A stretch of DNA of 64,000 nucleotides from an uncultured Gemmatimonadales bacterium (GTDB taxonomy: Bacteria > Gemmatimonadota > Gemmatimonadetes > Gemmatimonadales > GWC2-71-9), in NCBI GenBank assembly GCA_963798915.1, contig CAWCVB010000002.1:512001-576000 (forward strand). The letters are read 5' to 3'. Both the position numbers and the translations under genes were made by a program. Shown piece by piece: positions 52,518 through 63,500 of this stretch (position 1 is its first letter; the number at the start of each line of letters is the position of its first letter). The notes under the pieces are model-generated. The model ran no database searches. It was not told where the DNA came from and saw only the letters and a program-made list of their open reading frames with translations.

Positions 52518-53348
52518 ATGACCCTCCCACCTCGGCCACCCTCGCTGCCGCCCGGGTTTCGCACTCGCTATGCACCGAGCCCCACGGGGTATCTCCATCT
52601 GGGACACGTGCTGAACGCATGCTGGACCTGGGAGGTGGCACGGGCATGGAACGGGCGGGTCCTGCTCCGGATCGAGGACCATGACGCCACGCGCTGCCGC
52701 GATGAGTATGTGGATGCGCTGCGGGAAGACCTGGACTGGCTCGGATTCGTGCCAGACGTTGGGGTGCTCCGCCAGAGCCAGCGCCAGGCGCGTTATGAAG
52801 CCGTGCTGGGCGAACTGCGCGCGCGAGGCCTGGCCTACGTCTGCGCCTGCTCGCGCAGGGACATCAGCGAGGCGGCAGGTGATGTCTTCAATGAAGAAAC
52901 CCGCTATCCTGGCACCTGCCGAAGGCTGGGTCTCGAGCCTGGGCCGGGGCGGGGATGGCGGGTGGTCATGGAGCCCGGGAACGAGTCATTCACCGACCTG
53001 CTGCTTGGGACGCTGACACAGGACCCCTCGGCGCAGTGTGGCGACCTTCTGGTGCGCGATCGACTCGGTCACTGGACCTATCAGTTCGCGGTGACGGTGG
53101 ACGACATGGACCAGGAGATTGATCTCGTGATCCGGGGTGAAGACCTGCTGGCGAGCACCGGACGCCAGCTCCGACTGGCGCGGCTCCTGGGACGAACGGT
53201 GATGCCCCTTTTCCTTCACCATCCGCTCATCCTCAAGCCGGATGGCGAGAAGCTGAGCAAGGCGAGCGGGGATACCGGAGTGAGGGAGATGCGCGGCACG
53301 GGCGTCACGCCGGAGGCGGTCATCCGGAAAGCTGCCCAGCTCGGGTGA
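52518..53348 (+). CDS. gluQ: glutamyl-Q tRNA(Asp) synthetase
   Basis: RYAPSPTGYLHLGH, LRIED, CACSR, KLSK; no anticodon-binding domain. Confidence 0.88.
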   Translation: MTLPPRPPSLPPGFRTRYAPSPTGYLHLGHVLNACWTWEVARAWNGRVLLRIEDHDATRCRDEYVDALREDLDWLGFVPDVGVLRQSQRQARYEAVLGELRARGLAYVCACSRRDISEAAGDVFNEETRYPGTCRRLGLEPGPGRGWRVVMEPGNESFTDLLLGTLTQDPSAQCGDLLVRDRLGHWTYQFAVTVDDMDQEIDLVIRGEDLLASTGRQLRLARLLGRTVMPLFLHHPLILKPDGEKLSKASGDTGVREMRGTGVTPEAVIRKAAQLG

Positions 53349-53465
53349 CCATCCTCGAATGGTCAGTGACAGGCGACCGCGCACACGAAAACACGAAAAC
53401 ACGAAAGGACGAAAACACGAACCGACAACAGGACAAGAGAATGATACAACCGACGGTGACCGTAG

Positions 53466-54871
53466 TTATGGCGTGGGTGGTGGGACAGCCACCGGATTGG
53501 TGATGACGTTCTCGCTCGGACCCGACCAGTCGAGCGAGAGTCGAAGTTCATAACGACTCCGTCCGGTTGGTAGAGGCCGTAGACATGGTACTTATTTGCC
53601 GTGACCTCGGACCACGGCCCGCTATTCACGATTTGCTTCTGGTGATACACCCACCCGCCGTTCCAGTACGGGCTATCGCCGATCATCTGGATCAATCCAT
53701 CGGTCGTCACCGCAAGGAATGCGGTGGTCGTGGCCCACACAGCACGCACCGGCGCCGGTCCAAAGGAGGCCATCGGGATGCCGTCATAGGACGTGGGTGC
53801 GTAGACGAAAGGATCGCCGAAGCATACTGCTGCCGGCTCGTCCGCTCGCATTCCGCATGGATTCCAGATGTTGGCCGAGATACTTTGAAGTGGTGGCGCG
53901 CCCTGGCTGCGAGTGGGCACTCGCAGCGTATCCATTGGATAACCTGCGCTCTCTGGATGGGCACCCCAGCACCAGAGCGAATGATCGCTTCGGATACCGC
54001 ATGCGTAGCCATCCGCCGCCGCGACGGAGATCCAGTCGCTGGCGTCGCCTACCGCCACCGGGACGGTACTCTGCGTGGAACTGCCGTCACCCAGGATACC
54101 CCGGCCCCAGCAGAAGATCAGCCGAGCGGCGGTCAGGCCGCACGCCATTCCGCCGGCGTAGGCCAGATCAACGCCGGTGACCTGCAGCCCCGTGGCTGCG
54201 GCGACCGGCACACGACTCGGCTGCATGCTGCCATTCCCGAATACACCGGCGGTATTTGCTCCCCAGCACCAGAGTTGACTGGCGACGTCGATGCCGCAAC
54301 TGGATTCGAATCCGCCCACGAGTGCCGTGAACCGATGATTGCCCGCCACTGACACTGGACTTGCGGCCGTATCTCCGGCAGTAGCTGAGCCGAGCTCCCC
54401 GGAGCGATTGTCGCCCCAGCACCAGGCGTGCTGTTCCGCATCGAGAATGCACATCTGCGCGCCCGGCTCTCCATGCATCAGGGCCTTTGCCTGGAGGCCC
54501 CGGGCCTGGGCGTGAAATGTGAGCGACGTATCGGCGTCCGGCACCTCGGCCTTGGCGGTCTGCGGACCTGCGCCAAGACCGAGCACCCATCTGGCGTAGG
54601 CGACTCCATCAGAGTTGGTGGCGCTGGCCCGTGGCAAAAAGTCGGAGTAGGGTGACTCGGAAGTCCACTCGACCCGAAGCCCGCGGACAGGTCGAGCTCT
54701 TCCGTCGAGGATCCGAACACCGATCGCAAACGGCAGAGTGTCGCGCGCCAAGGCAGACTGCACCGTATCGCTGACTCGCTGGACATGCAGCCCGGTCCCC
54801 CGTGGAGACGTGCTCTCGCTGCAGGCGACAAGCAACACTACCGCGAGAAGCCTGGCCGTGCGTCGATGCAC
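53466..54871 (-). CDS. Ig-like plus RCC1-repeat lipoprotein, probable frameshift near 53552
   Basis: CWGDN, CWGAN and CWG repeats; shifted frame ends ITNPVAVPPPTP-TAA at 53466. Confidence 0.75.
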
Positions 54872-55033
54872 TTTGTCCCCCGGATGGTCGATGGCTTTCG
54901 CAAGTTGGGTTACGAAAGCCGGGGCCGCCAGCCCACCATCCGTCTGTCCCGCCCGCTGGAGCCTCCTCGCCGTCCCTGCTACCTTAGCTGTTCCCCAGCT
55001 GTTCCCCTTGCCCCAGCCCGGGAGCTCAACCGG

Positions 55034-56359
55034 ATGCCGACTGAAGCGTCACCGCGCCGGCGCATGCCGCTGCACACGAAGATCCTGCTTGGGCTCCTGC
55101 TCGGTGCTGCCGCCGGCATCTCGGCCAATGTCTTTCTGCATGACTGGCCCGGCTTGGCCTGGATTGTGGACAACGTCGCGAATCCGGTGGGTCAGATCTT
55201 CCTGCGGCTCCTGTTCATGATCGTGGTGCCGCTCATCTTCTGTTCGATCGCGCTGGGCGTTGCGTCGCTGGGCGACATCGGCCGGGTTGGCCGCGTCGGC
55301 GGCAAGACCATTCTCGTCTTTCTGTTCACCACCGCCTTTGCGGTGTGCATCGGGCTCACGCTGGTGAACACCGTGAAGCCCGGCAGGTCGCTCGCCCCCG
55401 AGACTCGGACGGCCCTGCTCGAGCGCTATGCTGGTGATGCTGCCGAGAAGGCCGCGCTGGCCGAACAGAGCAAGTTCGGCGTGAACACGTTCGTCAACAT
55501 CATCCCGCGCAATCCGGTGGCCGCGGCCGCCAACGGCGACTATCTCGCGCTGATCTTCTTTGCCCTGGTCTTCGGCATGGCGCTTACCATGCTGCCGGCG
55601 GAGAAGAGCAAGCCGGTCATCGATGTGCTGAACGGTATCGGCGAAGCGGTGATGCACATGATTCACTTCGCCATGAAGACCGCGCCGGTCGGCGTGTTTG
55701 GACTCATCTTCAGCGTCACGGCGCTTTTCGGCCTCGATGTGCTCAAGGCCCTGATCATCTTTGTGCTCATGGTGCTTGCGGGGCTGGCGGTGCATCAGTT
55801 CCTGGTGCTGCCGCTGCTGGCCCGCACTCTCGTCGGGATCAACCCCTTCCTCTTCATCCGTCGCGTGCGCGGCCTGATGGTCACGGCCTTCTCGACGTCC
55901 AGTTCGAATGCCACCCTGCCGACCACCATCGAGACCGCCGAGCGCAACTTCGGCGTGCCGAAGGAGATTGCCGGATTTGTCCTGCCGCTGGGCGCGACCA
56001 TGAACATGAACGGCACCGCGCTCTTCGAGGGAATGACGGTGCTGTTCCTGGCCCAGGTGTTCGGGCTCTCGCTCTCGCTGGGACAACAGCTGATCGTCGT
56101 CGGGATGTCGGTTATCACGGCCATCGGTACTGCTGGCGTCCCCGGGGGCTCGATTCCGCTCATGGTGCTGGTGCTGCAAGTGGTGGGCGTGCCGCCGGAA
56201 GGGATCGCGATCATCATCGGCGTGGACCGCATCCTGGACATGAGCCGCACGGTGCCCAATGTCACCGCCGACCTGCTGACTTCGCTCATCATCACGAAGA
56301 GCGAGGGCCTGCCGCTGATCATGCCGCCGGAGGAGGCGCTGCAGCTGGAGGAGACCTAG
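55034..56359 (+). CDS. dicarboxylate/amino acid:cation symporter
   Basis: AFSTSSSNATLP, PLGATMNMNGT, DRILDMSRT. Confidence 0.95.
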   Translation: MPTEASPRRRMPLHTKILLGLLLGAAAGISANVFLHDWPGLAWIVDNVANPVGQIFLRLLFMIVVPLIFCSIALGVASLGDIGRVGRVGGKTILVFLFTTAFAVCIGLTLVNTVKPGRSLAPETRTALLERYAGDAAEKAALAEQSKFGVNTFVNIIPRNPVAAAANGDYLALIFFALVFGMALTMLPAEKSKPVIDVLNGIGEAVMHMIHFAMKTAPVGVFGLIFSVTALFGLDVLKALIIFVLMVLAGLAVHQFLVLPLLARTLVGINPFLFIRRVRGLMVTAFSTSSSNATLPTTIETAERNFGVPKEIAGFVLPLGATMNMNGTALFEGMTVLFLAQVFGLSLSLGQQLIVVGMSVITAIGTAGVPGGSIPLMVLVLQVVGVPPEGIAIIIGVDRILDMSRTVPNVTADLLTSLIITKSEGLPLIMPPEEALQLEET

Positions 56360-56405
56360 TGGTCGACGGTCGACGGTCGACGGTCAACGGTCGACCGTTG
56401 ACGCT

Positions 56406-57506
56406 TCACCCCGCCACCTTCTCCATCTTAGCTTCGAGCCCTTCCAGCAGCTTGTCATAGCTGGCGCTGAACTTCTCGACGCCTTCCTTTTCCAGTTCGT
56501 CCGTGACCTGGCCCAGATCAATGCCCGACTCGGCCAGGGCCTCGAGCGTGTCATCCGCCCGCGCCATGCCGTCGTGAATGCGATCCGTCGGTTCGCCATG
56601 GTCCTTGTAGGCCTTGAACGTCTCCGGCGGCATCGTGTCCACGGTGTAGGGCGCTACCAGCGCTTCCACATAGTAGATGTCGGGATAGGCCGGATCCTTC
56701 GTGCTGGTGGAAGCCCAGAGCGGGCGCTGGAGGTTGCCGCCCTCCGACGCCAGCAGCCGCCAGCGTTCTGACGCCATCGTCGCTTCAAAGAGCTGATACG
56801 CTTTGCAGGCATTGGCGATCGCCGCCTTGCCGCGGACCTTTTTCGGATCGCCTTTCGCGTCGAGCAGCTTGTCCACCTTGGTATCCACCCGGCTCACGAA
56901 GAAGCTGGCCACCGAATGGATCTGCGCAATCGGTTGGCCCTTCTTGACCCGCGTCTCCAGGCCGCGGAAGTAGGCCTCGATCACGTCCTTGTAGCGGTCC
57001 ACCGAGAAGAGCAGGGTGATGTTGACGTTCACGCCTGCTGCCGTCGCCCTTTCGATCGGGTCCAGTCCCGCTTCCGTTCCCGGAATCTTCACGAAGACAT
57101 TGGGGCGGCCCACCGCATCATGCAGGCGGATGGCCTCCTTGAGCGTGGCGTCGGCATCGTAGGCGAGCGCCGGTCCCACCTCGATCGAGACGGTGCCGTC
57201 TCCATTTCCGAGCTCGTCGAACGTGGGGCGGAAGATGTCGCAGGCGCCTTGGATGTCCTCGATGGAAAGCGCATCGAAGACTCCGGCCACGTCGCGCCCA
57301 GCCTCCGTGAGCGAGCGGATATCGTCATCATACAGCTCGCTTCCCGAGACGGCCTTCTCGAAAATGGTCGGGTTCGAGGTCATGCCCCGGAGCCCGTCTT
57401 CCTCGATCAGCCGGGCCAGCTCACCTTCGGTGACCAGGTCGCGGGTGATATAGTCGTACCAGGGACTCTGGCCGAGCTGGCCGAGCCGGATCAATGGATT
57501 GGTCAT
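56406..57506 (-). CDS. tal: transaldolase
   Basis: [36 protein letters not shown]. Confidence 0.96.
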   Translation of the reverse strand: MTNPLIRLGQLGQSPWYDYITRDLVTEGELARLIEEDGLRGMTSNPTIFEKAVSGSELYDDDIRSLTEAGRDVAGVFDALSIEDIQGACDIFRPTFDELGNGDGTVSIEVGPALAYDADATLKEAIRLHDAVGRPNVFVKIPGTEAGLDPIERATAAGVNVNITLLFSVDRYKDVIEAYFRGLETRVKKGQPIAQIHSVASFFVSRVDTKVDKLLDAKGDPKKVRGKAAIANACKAYQLFEATMASERWRLLASEGGNLQRPLWASTSTKDPAYPDIYYVEALVAPYTVDTMPPETFKAYKDHGEPTDRIHDGMARADDTLEALAESGIDLGQVTDELEKEGVEKFSASYDKLLEGLEAKMEKVAG

Positions 57507-59563
57507 GAGGTAGTCCTCCCTGCCAGTTGTCGCACCGCGCGTGCGACGTGCTCGGCGGTAAAGCCGAATTCGCGCATCACCCGCTCGCCCGGCGCGGAGG
57601 CGCCGAAATGATCGATCCCGATCGCGATGCCGTCGTCGGTTACCCAGCGCTCCCACCCCTGAGTCACGGCCGCCTCGATCGACACACGCCGCCGCACGTC
57701 AGGCGGAAGCACGCTGTCGCGGTAGGCCTGGTCCTGCTGGGCAAAGAGTTCCCACGAGGGCATGCTCACCACCCGGGTCCGGATCCCTTCGTTGTTCAGC
57801 GTCTCGGCAGCCGTCAGCGCCAAATGCACTTCGCTTCCGGTCGCCATGACGATTGCTTCGGGCACGCCCTCGGAGTCGCGCAGGATGTAGGCGCCGCGTC
57901 GGGCACCCTCGGCCGGCGCCAGGGTGCTGCGATCCAGGATCGGGAGCTTCTGCCGCGAGAGCGCCATCACCGTCGGGCCGTCGGTCCGGCTCAGGGCGGC
58001 GTGCCAGGCCTCGCGAGTCTCGTTGGCATCGGCGGGACGAATGACGTTCACATTCGGCATGGCTCGCAGCATCGCGAGGTGTTCCACCGACTGATGGGTC
58101 GGACCATCCTCGCCGAGGCCGATGGAATCGTGCGTCCCGATGATGATGACCGGCAGTTTCATCAATGCCGCCAGCCGGATGGACGGTTTCATGTAGTCCG
58201 TGAAGATCAGAAAGGTGCTGCCGAAGGGCCGGACGCCTCCATGCGCCGCCATGCCATTCAGCGCCGCCGCCATGCCATGCTCGCGGATGCCGAAGTGGAA
58301 CAGCCGCCCGGTCTCGACCGGGCCGAAGACGCCGAGGTTCTCCACGTTGAGACCGGTGCTCTCGACCAGGTCGGCTGAGCCCCCCGCCAGCTCGGGTACG
58401 GCATCGGCCAGTGCGACCAGGACCTGCTGCGATGCCTGACGGGTGGCGAGCTTGCCATTCTCGGGTGCGAAGTGTGGCAATCCGGAGTCCCAGCCCTCGG
58501 GTAGGGCGCCACCCAGGAAGCGCTCAAATTCCGCCGCTGCATCGGGATGCTGCGTGCGGTAGCGATCGAACAGCGCATCCCATTCTGCCTCGATCTTCTC
58601 ACCCCGCGGCACTGCCTCGCGCCAGTGCGCCAGGGCGTCGGCCGGCACGGTGAACGGCTCCTGCGGCCAGCCCAGGATCTCCTTGGTGCGCCGCACTTCC
58701 TCGGCCCCAAGGGGGGAACCATGGGCCTCGGCGGTGTCACGCTTGGTGGGCGCCGGGTCGCCAATGTGGGTGCGCAGGACGATGAGCGATGGACGCCGCT
58801 CCTCGCGGCGGGCCGCCTCCAGGGCAAGATGAATGGCGTCGAGATCATTCCCGTCGTCCACGTGCTGCACGTGCCAGCCATAGGCTTCGAACCGCATGCC
58901 GACGTCTTCGCTGAACGCCAGCGACGTGCTGCCGTCGATGGTGATGTGGTTGTTGTCGTAGATGAAGTTGAGTTTGCCAAGGCGCAGGTGGCCCGCCAGG
59001 CTCGCGGCCTCGCTCGAGACCCCTTCCATGAGGTCGCCATCACTGCAGAACCCCCAGACGCGATGGTCCACAATGTCGAGCCCCGGCCGGTTGAACCGGT
59101 GAGCCAGCAGGCGCTCGGCGATGGCCATGCCGACGGCGTTGCCGAATCCCTGGCCCAGCGGTCCCGTGGTCGTCTCCACGCCGACCGTGTGCCCCCGCTC
59201 GGGATGTCCCGGTGTCTTCGAATCCCACTGGCGAAAGTTCTTCAACTCATCGAGCGAGAGGTCATAACCGGTGAGGTAGAGCATGGCGTACAGCAGCATG
59301 GAGGCGTGGCCGCAGGAGAGCACAAAGCGATCGCGGTTACTCCAGTAGGGATTTGCCGGATTGAACCGGTGGAAGTGACGCCAGAGCACGTAGGCAGCCG
59401 GCGCCAGCGCCATCGGCGTTCCGGGATGGCCGGACTTGGCCTGTTCCACGGCATCCATGGCGAGGGTTCGAACGGTATTGATGCTCTTCCACTGGATCGT
59501 ATCGCGATCGGCGAATTCAGCCGAGGAGGGTGTAGGCGTGGTGAGGGATGAAGCGGAACTCAG
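57503..59563 (-). CDS. tkt: transketolase (probable CTG start)
   Basis: [41 protein letters not shown] 6 nt before CTG. Confidence 0.93.
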   Translation of the reverse strand: MSSASSLTTPTPSSAEFADRDTIQWKSINTVRTLAMDAVEQAKSGHPGTPMALAPAAYVLWRHFHRFNPANPYWSNRDRFVLSCGHASMLLYAMLYLTGYDLSLDELKNFRQWDSKTPGHPERGHTVGVETTTGPLGQGFGNAVGMAIAERLLAHRFNRPGLDIVDHRVWGFCSDGDLMEGVSSEAASLAGHLRLGKLNFIYDNNHITIDGSTSLAFSEDVGMRFEAYGWHVQHVDDGNDLDAIHLALEAARREERRPSLIVLRTHIGDPAPTKRDTAEAHGSPLGAEEVRRTKEILGWPQEPFTVPADALAHWREAVPRGEKIEAEWDALFDRYRTQHPDAAAEFERFLGGALPEGWDSGLPHFAPENGKLATRQASQQVLVALADAVPELAGGSADLVESTGLNVENLGVFGPVETGRLFHFGIREHGMAAALNGMAAHGGVRPFGSTFLIFTDYMKPSIRLAALMKLPVIIIGTHDSIGLGEDGPTHQSVEHLAMLRAMPNVNVIRPADANETREAWHAALSRTDGPTVMALSRQKLPILDRSTLAPAEGARRGAYILRDSEGVPEAIVMATGSEVHLALTAAETLNNEGIRTRVVSMPSWELFAQQDQAYRDSVLPPDVRRRVSIEAAVTQGWERWVTDDGIAIGIDHFGASAPGERVMREFGFTAEHVARAVRQLAGRTTS

Positions 59564-59666
59564 GGTGCGCTCCTGGTGGCAGACAGGCGAAAGTTAGGAG
59601 GATGAGTGGCGGGTTGAAAGTCGGCGCGGTAGGACGGGCACGGCGGGCGGGAACTCAGCCCCACGC

Positions 59667-59900
59667 TGTCATCGCGAGACAGCTGTATTGCGGCGGCCTG
59701 CGCCCGCCCGCAGCTGTCGAAGCAACGTTGCAGCCTTTCCGGGAGACCTTTGGCCAATGGCTGCCTACATCGCGGGCGTCCGCTGGCGCTCGGCCTCAGT
59801 GCGGACTCCGCCGGCAATCGCGGTCGGGCTGCCAGGTTGCTTCGTTGGGCCCTTCAGGGCGCACGGCCGTGCGCCCCTACGGGCCCTCCTCGCAATGACA
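59667..59900. repeat. composite palindromic element with a nested GTAG REP (59856-59880)
   Basis: TGTCATCGCGAG...CTCGCAATGACA termini enclosing several hairpins. Confidence 0.75.
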
Positions 59901-60075
59901 GTGTCGGGCGAGCTTCGGTGTCCGCCGTCTCGCCGTCTCGCCGTCTCGCCGTCTCGATACCGAACATATCCCGAATTGGCCCGGCCCTATATCGTCCCGG
60001 CCCCAAAATTGCTATCTTTCGCCGTTACTCTGGCCTGCCAAGGCGGGCCCATGTTCAACTTAACATAGGGTATTT

Positions 60076-60468
60076 GTGGCACGACGACATCGAAGGCAAT
60101 CGCAGGATCTGCCTACCAACGGGTTCCGCCGCTCACCTGGACGAAGCATGCAATCGCATCGCGAGTGGCTTCTGGAGAGACACGGTTCGGTTTGCGCCTA
60201 CTGTGGGTCCGAAACTTCCCCTGACGTCATCACGCTCGATCATGTGCGGCCGCGACGCGGCCAGACAGCGTATGACCGCCCCGACAATCTCGTCCTGGCC
60301 TGTCGCAATTGCAACGCGGCCAAGGCGGATATGCCTCTCGTGGCGTTCCTGATGCAGAAGCGGGCGCGTGGCGTCTTCCTGCTGCACTACGGGGATCACC
60401 TTTCCGAGCCGCTCAAGGCACTGGCCAAGCAGGCATCGGAACGACCGTTGCTCGCCCGGGACATCTGA
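60076..60468 (+). CDS. HNH endonuclease
   Basis: CAYCG, TLDHVRP, NLVLACRNCN. Confidence 0.88.
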   Translation: MARRHRRQSQDLPTNGFRRSPGRSMQSHREWLLERHGSVCAYCGSETSPDVITLDHVRPRRGQTAYDRPDNLVLACRNCNAAKADMPLVAFLMQKRARGVFLLHYGDHLSEPLKALAKQASERPLLARDI

Positions 60469-60470
60469 GC

Positions 60471-60572
60471 GTAAGGGCGGCCTGCGGGCCGCCCCGATCA
60501 GCGGAACAGGAGAAACGGCCCGCGCGTCCAGCGCGGGCCGTCTGCGTTCGGGGCCCCGCGGGCCGCCCCTAC
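60471..60572. repeat. inverted GTAG-type REP pair (REPIN-like)
   Basis: GTAAGGGCGGCCTGCGGGCCGCCCC ... GGGGCCCCGCGGGCCGCCCCTAC. Confidence 0.7.
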
Positions 60573-63500
60573 CTGGCCTGCGTTCCCAGCGCCTCCGCCA
60601 GGATCCGCGCCTGTTCCGACACGTGAGCGGAGGGATAGCCCTCCGCCGGGCTGGCCCGGTCTGGTCGACCGGCGTAACGCATCGAAACTCCCTCCGGGAG
60701 CAGGCGACGCAGGTGCGGTTCGGCAAAGCGCCACGCTCCCATGTTCCGCGGCTCTTCCTGAGTCCAGACCACTTCCTTCAACCCAGCATAGTGGCCGAGC
60801 ACGGCCCGAAGTTCCTGGTCGGGAAACGGGTAGAGCTGCTCCAGTCGCACGATCGCCGGCGCGGCATCGCCCAGCGCCTTGGCGCTGTCCAGCAACTCGT
60901 AATAGACCTTGCCGGTGCAGACGATCATGCGAGCCACCGCGTCGACGCCGCCCGCGGCGCGGGCATCATCGATCACCGGCTGGAACTTGGCGTCGCTCAA
61001 GTCCTTGATGTGCGACGCAGCCGCAGGCAGCCGCAGCAGGCTCTTTGGTGTCATGACGATGAGGGGCCGGATCCGGTCACTCTTGGCCTGCCGCCGCAGC
61101 AGGTGGAAATACTGAGCTGGGGTGCTGCAGTTGGCGATCCGCATGTTGTTTTCCGCGGCCAGCTGCAGGAATCGCTCCAGTCTTCCACTCGAATGCTCGG
61201 GACCCTGGCCTTCATACCCATGCGGCAACAGCAGGGTGAGACGCGTGGTCTGCCCCCACTTGGCCAGCCCGGCTGCGAGGAACTGGTCGATCATCACCTG
61301 GGCGCCATTGACGAAGTCGCCGAACTGCGCCTCCCAGATGATCATTGTCTCCGGCGCGGCGACACTGTAGCCGTACTCGAAGCCGATGGCGGCGAGTTCC
61401 GAGAGCGGGCTGTTGTGCAACTCCATCGGTGCCAGGGCGCCGGGGAGCCGGGTAATGGGGGCGTACTCGATGCCGGTGTTCACGTCGTGCAGTACCAGAT
61501 GCCGCTGGCTGAAGGTGCCGCGCTCGGTATCCTGACCGGTCATGCGCAGCGGAATGCCCTCCACCAGCAGCGAGGCCAGCGCCAGCTCCTCGGCGTGTGC
61601 CCAGTCGATACCGCCGTCCTCGCCGACGCTGGTCCGGCGCCGTTCCAGTTGCCGAGCCAGCTTGCGGTTGACGGCAAACCCCTCTGGCCAGGTGAGCAGG
61701 GCGTCGTTCAACGCAACCAGCGTCGCGGCCGGCACGGCGGTTTCCACACGCGACTCGGGATTGCCACGTCGTTCCACCATTTCCGGCGCAACCTGCTGGG
61801 AGCCGGCCTGGCCCTTGAAGGCGTGCTGCGCGTTGGCCAGGCGCTCGTAGGCGGCATCATATCTGGCGGCCGCGTCAGTCTCGGAGATGACGCCTTCCTG
61901 CACCAGCTGCGCGGCGTACTTCTGCCGCACAGTCGGCAGCTGACGGATGCGTTCGTACATCAGCGGCTGGGTATAGGCCGGTTCGTCGGCTTCGTTGTGG
62001 CCGTGACGCCGGTAGCCTACCAGGTCCACCACGGCGTCCTGGGAGAAAATTTCGCGATAGGCGAGGGCAAGGCGTGCCGCCACCAGGCAGGCTTCCGGGT
62101 CGTCGGCATTCACATGGACGATCGGGACGTCGAACCCCTTGGCCAGATCACTGGCATAGCGGGTGGAACGGGCATCGGTGATGTCAGTGGTGAAGCCCAC
62201 CTGGTTGTTCGCGATGAGATGCAGCGTGCCGCCGACCGTGTAGGCCGGCAGGCCACCGAGATTGAAGGTCTCGGCCACCACGCCCTGGCCCGCAAAGGCG
62301 GCGTCGCCGTGGATCACGATTGGCAGGGCGGCATCCTTGTCGCGCCGCGCTTCCTGGCCGCGCCGCTGGGTCTGGCGCGCACGGGCCCGGCCAACGACTA
62401 CGGGGCCCACGAACTCGAGGTGGCTCGGATTCGGCGCCAGCGTCACCGTGACGGCTTTTCCCTTGGCTGTCGGGTAGGCGCCTTCCGCGCCATGATGGTA
62501 CTTGACGTCGCCCGTGCCGGAGTCGCTTTCGTCGCTTTCGCTCAGCGACCGCTTGGCACCCTCGAATTCGGCAAAGATCGTCTCGTAGGGACGGCGCACG
62601 GTGTGCGCCAGCACATTTAATCGTCCCCGATGCGCCATCCCGATTGGCACTTCCTGCGCGCCCCGCTCGGCCGCCTGGTTGATCCAGAGGTCCAGCATCG
62701 GGACCATCATGTCGAGGCCCTCGATCGAGAAGCGCTTCTGACCCAGGTAGGACTTCTGCAGCACCTGTTCGAACGCTTCGACTTCGATGAGCCGGTCGAA
62801 CAGCGCCAGCTTCACCTCGGCGGAGAGCGTCTCGCGGAACGAGCCCGATTCGATCCGCTCGCGCAGCCAGACACGTTCCTCGTGGCTGGCGATGTGCTCG
62901 ATCTCGTAGGCAATGGTGCCGCAATAAGCGGCTTGCAGCTGCGGCAACGCCTCGAGCAGCGACCGCCCCGGCACCTTGATGCGCAGTACCTCCGCCGGGA
63001 TCCGTGCCATGATGTCGGGCGTGAGGCCGACCGTTGCTGGATCGAGGGATGGATCGCCGGATGGCTCGCTGCCCAGCGGATCGAGACGAGCCGCGAGATG
63101 GCCGTGCGTGCGGAATGCCTTGACCAGGGCCATGGCTGCGGCGACGTGGCGCATCTCGGCCACGTCGGGCGAGATGGGTGAGATGGGCGAGATGGACAAG
63201 GCGGGCGAGCTGAACGGAATCGTGGGTGCCGATGGGGTGTACGCCAGTCCGAGGCCTGAGTACACCGATTCGTAGAACCCTTCGGCGCCCTGCAGCATGC
63301 CGTCCACGGTGGCCAGGAACTGACCACTTTCGGCGCCCTGGATGATGCGATGATCATACGTGCTGGTCATCGTCATCACCTTGCTGAGCCCGAGCTGCTG
63401 CACGGTGGCCACGGGCGATGCCGAGAACTCGGGCGGGTAGCCAATGGCGCCGACGGCAATGATGGTTCCCTGACCGGCCATCAGGCGTGGCACCGACGCT

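Noticed and set aside
60368..62620. Long antisense ORFs (also 6206-7999, 10234-11790, 18497-19633, 42339-43727)
   Set aside because: Shadow frames of well-supported high-GC genes with no recognisable motifs
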